From assembly GCA_002269645.1 (NCBI GenBank), contig NIVC01002249.1, positions 1-64,000 of the forward strand: a stretch of DNA of 64,000 nucleotides, in the 5' to 3' direction. Position numbers and translations under genes: made by a program. Positions 35,041-47,610 of this stretch are shown here, one piece after another. Position 1 is the stretch's first letter, and the number at the start of each line of letters is the position of its first letter. Origin of the DNA: Macrostomum lignano (taxonomy: Eukaryota). The notes below the pieces were generated by a model that had not been told where the DNA came from, did not search any database, and worked only from the letters and a program-made list of their open reading frames with translations.

Positions 35041-36584
35041 TTTGAGTAGTTCTGCTTTTTAACTGTATGTTAGAACTGTAGATATTTCAGCCAGCTATTG
35101 CTGGACAAGACATCTAAGCATGCAATAAATTCAATGTTTTCATTTTTTAAAAAAGAGAAGTGATAGCAGCCACAACATTGAAACCAAAGTTAACTAAGTA
35201 TTCATACATGTGCAACCCAAACCCGAAAATAGACAAAAAACTAACTAGCTGACGAGCCATTTAGCCTTAATAATAAAGTTATAGTTACTCCTGCCGCTTA
35301 CCCAAAATTACATTAATTATGCTTGGGTTTCTTTTACAGGTAAGTTGCACAGCCAGTGTAAATCAGGGGGGGGGTGCGCATGTATGTTTAAGACTATGGT
35401 GAGCCTACTGGGATTTTAAATAAAGCATTTTTGACTATGACCTACAGATGGGTTTACCTGATGTCAATGACCTTGTTTCCCAAGATTTATACTAACAATA
35501 GTTGTTTTTGCCTTTAAAACTCATTCAACTTCTCTTAGTTAATAAATAAAAAGGCTTTTTTCAGATTGTTGTAGGGTTTGTGCTAAAAAATGACAAACAA
35601 AAAATCAAAACTAAATAATATAATAAAACAATTTGAGATAATAAGCTATAGCACTACTGCAGCTCTGTTTGAAGTTTTTTTTATTTGAATCCATGCCAGT
35701 GAGCATAAACAATTATGCTATTGTGACATAGAAGTGTCTTTGAATTGTCTATGATCCAAAAGGGATATGTATGATAAAGCTAAATAGGAAAGATACAAAG
35801 AGCATTATGAGCCAAAAATGGCTAGATATCTAGTAAGGCCAACTAGGATAATACTAAAAAACAAAATACTATCACATGATGTAATTCTTTAATTGCACAT
35901 AAATGCTTATAAACAGGACAACAATGCTTATAGAGGCTGCTATTTTCAATGGTTGACAAAGTATACCCTAATTGCCAATAAAAAAGTTTATGGCTACCTT
36001 GTTAGTACAAGTGGTATAATGTACTAATAAGTCTGCAATACCAAGAAAAGCAATGCTACTTAAATGGATATTCTTAGGATTGCAAGACTTTTTAGGCATA
36101 GGTCAAGGTGTATAGTTTTCTTTTAAACATAGCTATCTAGAACTTTAGCAGCTTATTAGTGAACAAATCTATATTTTGTGCTGCTTGTCTAAATATCTGT
36201 CTATCTATTGTTGATTTTTTGAGAACAGTCTGGCCATTTTTTAATTAGCTTTAAATACATTCTACTTTTAGGGAATCATGCATAACTTTTTTGATGAAAA
36301 ATTTGAATGGGAAGTGGGTCAAATATTCGAAAAAAGATTTTTATATGCTTTTAATAGGTACTCTGTTTTTTAATTTAATTATTCAGTTTAACCATTTAGC
36401 CTAGGCTTCTCTTTGGCTTTTATACAATATTTATTTATATTTATTTATACTAATTATTAGTAGGCCTAAGTTAAATATTTGAAGAAAAAAAAGTTTTTAA
36501 TGCTTGCAATGTTTGAACTTTTAATTTGAATGTTTACCATTGGGGGCTTAGTGTCATAGTATGCTTAATATATACTCAGCCAGC

Positions 36585-36868
36585 AACATTGAAAAGTTGC
36601 TATCATAGAAGATTCCATCTGTGGTTGCCCTTTTTAAGAAGGCAGGTAAAGTCTTTCCATCATTGCAAGTAACACAACTTGCTATGCCGTGGCAAACTTA
36701 AGTTGATAAATAAAGTGAAGGGGGAAGGTGCAGTGTGTGAAGGTTTTGTTGGATAGATTAAAGCTATCTAATCAGTTTTATTGTATCTTTTATTTAAGAA
36801 TAGTCCAAGAGAAATTGCTTATGACATTGGTGCATAGGGCCTAGAGTGGCAACTTTTCAATGTTGCTA
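36585..36868. mobile_element. Possible old MITE (~20-bp inverted repeats AGCAACATTGAAAAGTTGC)
   Basis: Inverted pair near 36586 and 36848-36867. No TSD confirmed. Confidence 0.4.
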
Positions 36869-38107
36869 AGTAGGGGCCTATGGCTATATATAAAATTTTG
36901 AACAATGAAAAAATTGATTTTGGAAGTGGGTCAACTATTCAAAAAACATTTTTTATGCTTTCAATGTTTGAATTTTGAAGCTTAATGTGCTTAATGTGCT
37001 AGTTTTCACTATGCTTACAGTTTGTCATTGTGCTAAACTATAGGGCTGTACTACTATACAGGGGGCTATATATAGGGGCTTTGGAATATGGGCTATTTGG
37101 AATTATATATAGGGGCCTATATATAATTCCAAAGTTATAGCATCATTTTGAAAGGTAGCATTATAGCCTAAAGATTTTCTAAATGTTGTGACAGATTATA
37201 TAGCCATCAAGTTTTTATTTATAGGATATAATGGATATTTTAAATCAAATTATAGTCAAATTATATAACTCATAGTTTATAGACTCTACTATTTACACTT
37301 AGAAATTTTAACTTTGAGAATCCTTTAGTTATTTAAAATAAAAGTAAAGGTCTGACAGGATCCCAATCTCAATCTCAAACTCCATGCATTGGAAGACGAT
37401 CAATTTGCAGAAAGAAGCAACGTGTTTGAAAACGTGCTTTACGACGACGTTTCCATTTCTATATCGTAATATTAACTTTTTGACAGTTTTAGCTTATTCT
37501 CTAGTCTTTGGAGAACGAACGCATAAATATGAATTGGCTGTCAAACCTAACCCTAACCCTTGCTAGTAGTAAAATTTCCGGCAGTTGATGGTCGTGCTGA
37601 CGCCTGCGTGGCAGCACGACGAAATGCTGCTTCAGAAAAAAATTACAAACATATATATGATTTCAATGTGTGTCTGTATGACCGCTGACGTATAAAATGG
37701 TCTATATAACCGTTTGTGTATCAATTGAACTACTGCTGGTTGGCTTTATTGCAGCTGAATTCATAAGTACTGTCCATGGGTACACACATGTGCATAAGGT
37801 TGTGTCCTTGACACATATTTGTATATGAAATTGTATAGTACATGTATCTCAACGGGCATGTGTACTCATAGCCATGCATGGACAGTGTACGAGTGTACTT
37901 ATACATTGAATTTCAGCCTGCGCAGCAATGTGGAGTAGCGCGTAAAGGTGCAACACAGAAAGTGCCAGTGTTGTAACAGTTTGCAACCGGCAAAGCCAAG
38001 CAAGATTTTGGCTTTTAGCACGAGTTTAGCTCGTGCTAAAAATCTTCGTCCCGTCGGGGAGGCAAAAAATTTCGAAAGGAATAAATTCTTTTAATATAAG
38101 GTACATG

Positions 38108-39768
38108 CAGGGGACTTCGCCACCAGCCACCGGGATAGCGATGTTTGCCTGCAGGACGTTTGCCAGCCGACGTTTGCCAGCCGACGTTTGCCTGCGGGAC
38201 GTTTGCCAGCCGACGTTTGCCAGCCGACGTTTGCCTGCGGGACGTCATGCCTGCGAGACGTTTGCCAGCCGACGTTTGCCAGCCGACGTTTGCCAGCCGA
38301 CGTTTGCCAGCGAACATTAAGTCAGTGAGTGAAATTTTGATACTGAAATATTCGAAATTTAGCGGTTTGAAAAAAAACCGGTTTTAGTCCAACATTTTGC
38401 GGTATTCGCATGTATAAAAGTTCGAAAACAAAATCTATACAAATTATGCAGTTCATCAACTAACATCTACGAGCGTAGTGTAACAAAAATTTCTTTAAAT
38501 GTGAAAATATTATAAAGTTTTTACTTCTACTGACAGCTTTGTATTGCTTTTCCCAGTTTGAGATGCTTGATTTTTGATTTGCGAATGAAGACACGCAAAT
38601 TTAAACGGGAATCTCCAGCGAGCCAAGTTTTGAGCAAATAAAAGAACTGCTGAACGATAATTCTGGCTTATATATTTCCCAGTTCATTGGGAGATCCAAA
38701 AGTAAGCGAATTACGAGCCGTAATTCCAATGCAGCTTGTCAAGTGCACGCTGTCATGGCCAAACTCAGCAGAGTTAAGCAGAGTTTGGCTTTTGAGTTAA
38801 GTATAAGGCGAGACTAAGCCATTACCATTATGGATGACTCAGTCTTTTCCCATTTAGCTTGTAAACACTTAGCTTGTTTGGCCACTGAGATGGAAAGGGC
38901 CATTCCATGGCATACATAGACATCAACTGTGACAATGGAAACTCCTATTTTGTATTTTTACCCTACCTTCCTATTTAGGCAGACAAGAGCAATAATTTCA
39001 ATAAGCCTGAACATTAGTTTTTTAGTAACCTGTATATTTAATAGCAGTAGTAGGGAGCGAGGTGGAATTATATTAGTGCTGTGTCCACAGTTTTCAAACG
39101 CAAGTACATGTAAGTCTAGAGAGGGCATACTTCTTTAACCAATTGCCGCCTGCAAATGTCCGGCTGGCAAACGTCCGGCAGGCAAACTTCGTAGACCCGT
39201 CGCCACCGGGGGGGACAGGGGGATGTCCCCCCCCCCAAGTAAAAGATATGGGGGGGGGGCATGCCAATGCTTTTTGCCCCCCTTACCCCACCTTATGACC
39301 CGTTATGGAAATCAATAATTTTGCTGCAGGGCGACGAAACATAGCGCCTGCGGCGCCAAAATTAGTGTCTGCGGCGCTAAAATGAGTGCCTGCTGCGCTG
39401 AAATGAGTGCCTGCTGCGCTGAAATGAGTGCCTGCTGCGCTGAAATGAGTGCCTGCTGCGCTAAAATGAGTGCCTGCTGCGCTGAAATGAGTGCCTGCTG
39501 CGCTGAAATGAGTGCCTGCTGCGCTGAAATGAGTGCCTGCTGCGCTAAAATGAGTGCCTGCTGCGCTAAAATGAGTGCCTGCTGCGCTGAAATGAGTGCC
39601 TGCTGCGCTGAAATGAGTGCCTGCTGCGCTGAAATGAGTGCTGACAACAGCGATTCTGAAAATAATCTACAAATTTTGGAATCTAGGCATTCATGTATTG
39701 ATAAATGTACATGTACATGTAGAATTCTTTGGCTTTGTCAGCTCCCCCATCCAATGGCGACGCCCCTG
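38108..39768. mobile_element. hAT-like non-autonomous element (TIR CAGGGG..CGCCA / TGGCGACGCCCCTG) containing a nested MITE and a 21-bp minisatellite
   Basis: Flanks ggtacatg / actacatg match at 6 of 8 positions (possible TSD). Internal (GCTGAAATGAGTGCCTGCTGC)n at about 39340-39645. Confidence 0.55.
38132..39198. mobile_element. Nested TIR element with GGG..CCC ends and subterminal GACGTTTGCC(A/T)GC repeats
   Basis: Left GGGATAGCGATGTTTGCCTGCAGGACGTTTGCCAGCC matches the reverse complement of the right end (GGGTCTACGAAGTTTGCCTGCCGGACGTTTGCCAGCC). Both flanks end in GCCACC (imperfect 9-bp TSD). Confidence 0.55.
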
Positions 39769-40584
39769 ACTACATGTATACATTTGACCATTATGCATGC
39801 ATTCGCTATACGTAGAAACAAATCAGTATCAGCCCCGAAAGCAAACGTATATTATAGCATATTACGTTGTCACCGTTATCACCACCCCTTCAACATGTAC
39901 TACATCAAAGCCTCCCTTTAACAGTAGAAAGACCACGCTATTTTTCCCCATGGGGAAAGACCACGGGGGTGTATTACAAATACACACGACCCATTTCACG
40001 ATAGCTCGCAAACCGAATTACCGATTTTCACCAAAGTTCACCATATGAATCAAATTTTTCCGCCCTTTCCCACAAACTAACTTTCAAAGTCATCCGACGT
40101 CAGCATCGTCGAGATATTCAACGATTCTTGTCGAAGACACTGGTGGCAAGGACAACCAACACTACACTGTATAAATCTGGCTCAATAATCTGGGTCAATC
40201 TGTCGTAGAGGCCTTTGTTCTCAGCATCCCAGGCAACAGGGTCCACTTCATCACCGTCTGGAGCATCGGCGGCGACCGTCGGGACCTTCAACAAAAGCAC
40301 CCGATCGGTATCTCAGAGACGGCTGCGTTCCCAAAACTGAAATGGAAGAATCCGCTTCTGTATGCAGCATTCAGTCAGTAGACACAATCGGTGAATGAAA
40401 TGGACGATGGCGACCCTCTAGGCTGACCTGTAGACATACAGGCGACCTTCGGGACCTTCAACGGAGTGCCACCGCGCGCGGCTCTGACGAGCTGGCACCC
40501 CCAACATCGTGATTTTTCTATCAAGGCACCAAACCAGGCATGTCTGCATATTATACAGTGCTTTTGCACCATGTTAAATCGGAG

Positions 40585-40943
40585 CTGGTGCAACTGACAC
40601 CTTCAACATCGGCGTCGAGCGAGTCACCAACGCGGCACTCTATCGCCGCGCTGGCCTGCCACGTCCAAGCGATCTACTGCGCCGTCGGCGACTCCAGCTC
40701 GCAGGCCATCTCATCCGCGCCGAGTCGTACTGCCCACAGCCGGTGCAGGTGCTGCTGCTCACGCTGCAGGCACCCTACCGGCGAGGTCAAGCGCGAACTC
40801 GGCGTTATGTTGACTGTCTGCTGGCTGACGCCGGCGCCCCGGACACTGCCGGTGCCGCGGCCTTTGTTCGCGCCCAAGCCATGAAGCGCGCCCTGTGACG
40901 CTGACTTTGGCCATCCTGACAGCGTATTTTGTTGTTGTTGTTG
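40585..40943 (+). mobile_element. 5'-truncated RTE-clade non-LTR retrotransposon 3' end inserted in the piggyBac
   Basis: One frame reads VTNAALYRRAGLPRPSDLLRRRRLQLAGHLIR...RRGQARTRRYVDCL* (RTE-type RT C-terminus). (GTT)n tail. 10-bp TSD TAAATCGGAG at 40575-40584 and 40944-40953. Confidence 0.85.
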
Positions 40944-41126
40944 TAAATCGGAGAGTTACAGATTTAATTGGCGACCGAAAAATATAAAATATTTAAATTG
41001 TTAAAAATGATATTACAGCATGTCAAAAATGATATTACAGCATGTCAAAAATGATATTACAGCAAATTCAGAGCAGAAGGACATGAACACCGACATAGGA
41101 ACAAAAGTGGAGTCAATTGTCACTAT

Positions 41127-42819
41127 TTACTTTGGTGCACAATGTGCGCAGTAATGGTGACTCACTGTCTCTTCCATCGCAGTGTGTCTTCGGCAAGTTC
41201 CTTCGTCACACATGCAACACTTCCTTGTTGTTGCACTCAAGGCACGCTTCTCGTCCTTTGACTTTTGTCTCGCGCATGTTGCACAGCGCTTTCTGCCACC
41301 AACTGACACCACAGCCGCCGTTTCGCGTGCCTGTTCCTTCATTTGCTCGTCGTTGATTTGGCAACCTGCGAGCTGGAACATCATCCGGTGATGATTGGCA
41401 GATTATGAAGAAGAGCGGCCGATTGCTAGCGCTCCTCGATCAGAGGTTGGAGAAGTTGCGCAGCTGCCTTGCGCTGGAACTCGTTGCGATAGTTCGGCAA
41501 GGCGCAAAGTCTCCAGGTAGCGGCGGCATTCACACCTGCTATGTTGAGTATGCCGCCGGAGAAAATTGCCTTCTCGCATGAGTCGGACTTTCGCTTGCAG
41601 TCGGATGTGCGGAACATCCTGTTGCAGGTGTCCGTGCCACTCTTGGTAGAATTGTAGTACGTGCCTATTGCTACAGGCTTGCCATTGGGAAGCAATTGTC
41701 TGTCGTGATGCATAGTGAACAGCAACATCCCGTTTCGGCCCGCCTTGGGGCAGTAGTACACACACGTGAGCTCCTCAGAAAACCGGAATTCGCTCGTGTG
41801 TGGAGCCACGTTTTGAGTTGAATTCTTGAGATCGGCTAGCAGGCCACCACGACTGCGCATCACTGTTCCAAGAAACGTGAATCCCATTTCCTGTACCAGT
41901 GTCATCTGAATGAATCAGCCAAGCGGCAAACAACTTGCTCACCACTCCACACCTCTGAGCCCTTGGCCAGCCGAGCATCGGATTCCTGTGATGCAAAAGT
42001 AATGGACAGCAGTGTTCCTTTGCCAGTGCAGATTTCCGCATTGAACACATGTCCATGTCATCCTGAATCTTTGGATTCCCAGCCGATGTCAGCAGGAACA
42101 GCTTGGCACCATTGCGATCGGGCTTCTCCTTCAGAAAGACCGTGAAGTCACAGTCCACACGCCAGTAGACAACCAGAGTTTCGTCGACGCAGAGGTACGG
42201 CCCGGAAAGAGCAGGATGGCGCAGCTGACCTACAGGCGTCGGATGCCGTCCGTTGCGGCAGTCCGCTGACGATGTTCGGCAGTTTCAAATTTAACATGGT
42301 ACAAAAATGTGTATAATATGCAGACATGCCTGGTTTGGTGCCTTGATAGAAAAATTACGATGTTGGGGGTGCCAGCTCGTCAGGGCCGCGTGGTGCCATA
42401 ACGTTGAAGGTCTTGAAGGTCGCCTGTAGGTCTACAGGTCAGCCTAGAGGGTCGCCATCGTCCATTTCATTCACCGATTGTGTCTACTGACTGAATGCTG
42501 CATACAGAAGCGGATTCTTCCATTTCAGTTTTGGGAACGCAGCCGTCTCTGAGATACCGATCGGGTGCTTTTGTTGAAGGTCCCGACGGTCGCCGCCGAT
42601 GCTCCAGACGGTGATGAAGGGGACCCTGTTGCCTGGGATGCTGAGAGTAAAAGTCCCTACGACTGATATGCATAGTTTGTTGAGCCGACGTGGTTTCATG
42701 ATGAGATTTTGTGAGCAGAAAAAATTTGCCAATGTTGGTTTTTGCCACCAGACACCCCGAGGAGAATCGTTGAATATCTCGACGATGCCAATTTTTCGTG
42801 ATTCTTGAAGTTGCTTCAT
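41127..42819 (-). pseudogene. Disrupted piggyBac (PGBD/DDE_Tnp_1_7) transposase
   Basis: Fragments in several frames: YLCVDETL, KEKPDRNGAK, FLGTVMRSR, YYNSTKSGTD, LNIAGVNA, and a Cys-rich C-terminus (RKRCATC...KCCMCDEGTCRRH). Confidence 0.9.
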
Positions 42820-44384
42820 CGAATAGAGCGGAAAATTTTAGCCAGTGTTCTGGATTTTCATGGCAATCGGTTCAATATTTTTGGAGACCCAGACAAAGGG
42901 AAAATGTGTGCATTTGAAATACACCCCCATGGTCTTTCTACTGTTAAGCCATGACTTAACGTCAACCCCGGCCTATTCTCCCTTCGATGCTTGGCCTAAA
43001 AAATTCCCTCATGAGCCTTGACATCTCAGCAATTCCCGGCCCTATGACCACAACACTTCAGCGCCAATCCCCGGTGAGTCTCAATCATCCCAGAAACTCC
43101 CCACACGAGCGTTGACATTAGCAATTCCTCCTGTGAGCCATGCACAGAATTTCAGCAATCCCCTCATGAGCCGTAGCATTTCAGCAACTCCCCGTGAGCA
43201 TTGAACTTTTAGCAATTCCTTCATGAGCTCGTACTCGCGGTTAAATTTACTTCCACTACATATCGGATGCGACGCTATAGGAATTTTATACATTTGCATC
43301 CAACACAGTACGTAGATGTTTATACTCGTAACAGCTTGTGCAAGGAAAGATCACCGCGGACTACTTACGATCTAAATAGAAGGACGCACAAAGCATGCAA
43401 ATTTTATTGGAGACTGATTATTCAATTTGATGTAGCCCGGGCTCCAGAAACTCGTCGAAATGTAGTTTGTGTACATGTAATTTAGGGTAAACGACTCTTA
43501 TATAGTAGTCTGTGGGAAAGTTGCGAATAAAAATATTTTGTACACGCAAAAAACCAGTAAAATACCCCAATATGATGCACACAGAAATCTGCAGACTGCA
43601 GCATGGGACAAAAAGTAGCTTTTCAACTCTTCAAGGTCTACGTCTTCAAGATAAAACTGGTTCGCCCATGCGCTGTGGATTCACGCTAAAAGCCTTCTCC
43701 ATGTCTGCACGACCTAAAAAGGAAATGATTGACAAATTTAGACCGGAACAGAAACTGTTTTACAACTAAATTATTCAACAAGTGTTTGCCCTTGTCATTT
43801 TCTCCTTGTTAAGATCGGTGGCTCATCTTCTAACTGCCAACCAAGAAGAAAGCAAAAAGGTCATCAAAAGACTAAATTTTAGTTTTTGACTGGGTCCAAA
43901 TGAACAATAATGATAAAATGATAATTTGATTAAATGAAATTTTAACGAAGGCAAGGCACTCATTTTAATTTGAATCATTTTAATTTGTGCTGCAAACGAG
44001 CATAATGAAACCACGAAGAACCTACGGTCAATTTCTGGCATAAAAGTTCCCGGTGTACTGGCTGCCATTACGGCGGGGAGTTTGCTTGAAGTTTGAAGTC
44101 GTGCTTATTCTTGTCCTAGCAAACATCGCAAAGAGCGTCTTTCCCGTTTTAACAATCGAGCCAGCATGAATTATTGAAGATGCAAGCATCGACTCGGCTC
44201 GCTGTCAAAAGATCCAGTCGAGAAGCTGTTGAGCAACGCAGCGCACTCAAGCTCGGCTGTATAAATGCGCCGGTCCAGTCCGAGAACCCAGAGTCCTCGC
44301 AGAGAACATTTTTTGCAGAACAAGCTGCTGCAGACAGAGAGTCGGTCTCAATTCCAAACCACTGAAGCCCGTAGAAGCTGCAAC

Positions 44385-45085
44385 ATGATCTCAGGCCCCC
44401 TACTGCTGCTCCAAGTGATGCTGGCGGCATTCGCTATTCAGGAGACTATGGTAAGCATCTGGTTCTGCATCAGTGGCAATTTAAAATGGCCAATTGCAGC
44501 TTCACTCGAATGGCCCCTCTGTTGTACAAATTGCAGGCGAGTCCGTCGCATTCCGCCCTAGACAGAAGAGAGTACCTGCTGCAGTCGCTGATTCAGTCCT
44601 TCATCGATCAGGAAGTGCACTACGATGGCCAGCGCAAACGGGCCGCAGCCTTGGAGCGCCTGGTGAACCTTGATGTGCTGCCGGACGGCCGGCGCAAGAG
44701 AGGCGGCAGCATCAGCGAGCTGGAACGGCTCCTGAAGATAATGGAGGTGGAATCGCGCGGCAACAGCCCCATCCGCCGGGCGGCCTATTTCCCGCCCAAC
44801 CTGCCGCTGGATCTGGACGTCCTGCCAGACGGCCGACGCAAGCGAGACATGCCCGATTGGACCCGAATCATCGGCATGAACACCAACTACGACGGACGTC
44901 GCAGGAAGCGATCCAACTACAAGAAGAGCCTGGCCGTCTACAGCAACCTGCGCCCCCTGATCGCGCCCGACATCATCCACATGGGCAAGCGCCACACTGA
45001 CACGGTTGGCGGCGGCCACCGGCGCAAGCGACTGCTGGACACTCTGGTCAGGGCGCGGCCGATTTTCGATGGCAAGCGAGGCTGA
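44385..45085 (+). CDS. Secreted neuropeptide precursor (prohormone). Exons 44385-44450, 44537-45085
   Basis: Exon 1 encodes a hydrophobic signal peptide (MISGPLLLLQVMLAAFAIQETM). GTAAGC..TTGCAG intron, phase 0. Exon 2 has multiple G-RRKR/G-KR sites bounding repeated LDVLPD, NYD, IIHM and PIFD peptides. Confidence 0.88.
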
Positions 45086-45504
45086 GCAACAGCTGCATGC
45101 CTCATCAAATCAACAAAATTTCAATGCCGAACCCCAATAAAAGACAGATGACAAATAAGTAGCTATCATAGCAACGAGAGCGCAGTTTGAGCTCGAAAAA
45201 TACACGGGTAACACGGATCTCATTTTTTTGAAGAGATCTACTATGCGGAATGCTTCTTCTGGCTAAGAAATGTTAAAATTGTCACCGAACCAGTCGCTCT
45301 GCAACGCGCCAGCTGGCAAGTTAAAAGCCCAATCTGAAAAGCTGAATTCATGAAAGCTCGTATAAAGTCACAGATACTATAAACACTGTGTTTATAGTAT
45401 CTGTGTATAAAGTAAGGACCATGCGAGATAACCGAATGACTGAACACTACGAATAATCTGTTTCGAATGATTAAATCTTGATTTTAAACCAAATTTCGAT
45501 TGCT

Positions 45505-46550
45505 AATACCGAATCCCGATGATCCCAAACAACCGAATCCCGATTATCCCAAATACCGAATCCCGATTATCCCAAATAACCGAATCCCGATTATCCCAAA
45601 TACCGAATCCCCATGATCCCAAATACCGAATCCCGATGATCCCAAATAACCGAATCCCGATGATCCCAAATACCGAATCCCGATTATCCCAAATAACCGA
45701 ATCCCGATGATCCCAAATAACCGAATTCCGATGATCCCAAATAACCGAATCCCGATTATCACAAACACCGAATCCCGATGATCCAAAATAACCGAATCCC
45801 GATGATCCCAAATAACCGAATCCCGATGATCCCAAATACCGAATCCCGATGATCCCAAATACCGAATCCCCATGATCCCAAATACCGAATCCCGATGATC
45901 CCAAATAACCGAATCCCGATGATCCCAAATACCGAATCCCGATTATCCCAAATAACCGAATCCCGATGATCCCAAATACCGAATCCCGATGATCCCAAAT
46001 ACCGAATCCCGATGATCCCAAATAACCGAATCCCGATGATGGATGATCCAAAATAACCGAATCCCGATGATCCCAAATAGCCGAATCCCGATGATCCCAA
46101 ATACCGAATCCCGATGATCCCAAATAACCGAATCCCGATGATCCCAAATACCGAATCCCGGTGATCCCAAACAACCGAATCCCGATGATCCCAAATACCG
46201 AATCCCGATGATCCCAAATAACCGAATCCCGATGATGGATGATCCAAAATAACCGAATCCCGATGATCCCAAATAGCCGAATCCCGATGATCCCAAATAA
46301 CCGAATCCCGATGATCCCAAATACCGAATCCCGATGATCCCAAATACTGAATCCCGATGATCCCAAACAACCGAATCCCGATGATCCCAAACACCGAATC
46401 CCAATGATCCCAAACACCGAATCCCAATGATCCCAAATAACCGAATCCCGATGATCCCAAATACCGAATCCCGATGATCTCAAATACCGAATCCCGATGA
46501 TCCCAAATACCGAATCCCGATTATCTCAAATACCGAATCCCCATGATCTC
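45505..46550. repeat. 22-23 bp minisatellite (GATCCCAAATA(A)CCGAATCCCGAT)n
   Basis: About 45 copies. Confidence 0.96.
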
Positions 46551-47144
46551 ATGTCACGCAATGCAGATTTTAAGTATTTTATCATATCAATATCAACCAG
46601 TATTTACCTCAAAAAATTGTAAACTATTACTAATGAAAATAACTAACACAGTGCAAACCAATAATTATTTTTGAACACGAAAGCAAAGGCAAAAAGCAAA
46701 ACCCAACTGCACGTTTAGAAAGCGAAAAAGAAATTTACTAATTTATTAATAAAGAAGCGTTAATGGAATTATTAATGTATAAATCTTAAATCTTACATTT
46801 CGTCTAGCACTCAGTTTGGCATGCACAAATTTAATATTACTGTTGTAAACTGACACAACTTGGAAAGCAACAAAATCTGTCAATTAAATTCGTACTGAAC
46901 AAAAAATCATTCAAAATGGATAAAGAAGCTACAGGCAACAAGAGAACGGCAAAGATGAATGAGCAAGTCGCGGATGGTGAAGGAATCACAGAGATTTAGA
47001 CGGTTGGAAATTTTTGCACAATTAATTCTGTTTAGTGCGAGTTACCTTAAAAACTTTTCACTGGACCTTTTGATGGGAATGTTGTACCGCTTGATGACGA
47101 TAAAGCAATTGTGAAAAAATAAGCACGTTCAGTCAAAGGGGATA

Positions 47145-47610
47145 GTTTGCATTCTAAGGGGATAATGTGCATTCTGAAGGGATAATGTGCATTCTGAAAG
47201 GATAATGTGCATTCTGAAGGTATAATGTGCATTCTGAAAGGATAATGTGCATTCTAAAAGGATAATGTGCATTCTAAAAGGATAATGTGCATTCTAAAAG
47301 GATAATGTGCATTCTAAAAGGATAATGTGCATTCTGGGAGGAAAATGTGCATTCTAAAGGTATAATGTGCATTCTGAAGGTATAATGTGCATTCTGAAAG
47401 GATAATGTGCATTCTGAAGGTATAATGTGCATTCTGAAGGTATAATGTGCATTCTTAGAGGATAATGTGCATTTTGAGAGGAAAATGTGCATTCTGAAGG
47501 GACAATATGCACTATAGGGATAATGTGCATTCTGAGAGGAAAATGTGCATTCTGAGAGGATAATGTGAATTCTAAGGGAACAATGTGCATTCTGATGGGG
47601 TAATGTGAAT
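47145..47610. repeat. 20-bp minisatellite (GATAATGTGCATTCTGAAAG)n
   Basis: About 23 copies, degenerating rightwards. Confidence 0.95.

Larger units (their letters stand above)
39922..42943 (-). mobile_element. piggyBac-family DNA transposon (~3.0 kb), TTAA TSD, TIR CAGTAGAAAGACCA
   Basis: TTAA at 39918-39921 and 42944-42947. Matching TIRs and subterminal GGGGGTGTATT(A/T)CAAAT. Transposase remnants inside. Confidence 0.92.

Noticed and set aside
37540-37562. CCTAACCCTAACCCT as an interstitial telomere
   Set aside because: It is only about 2.5 units, too short to support, and such motifs are common in TE relics.
42950-43230. Degenerate CAGCAAT..CATGAGC repeats resembling the reverse complement of the 1040-1415 array
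   Set aside because: The similarity is limited to a short core and too weak to claim homology without alignment statistics.
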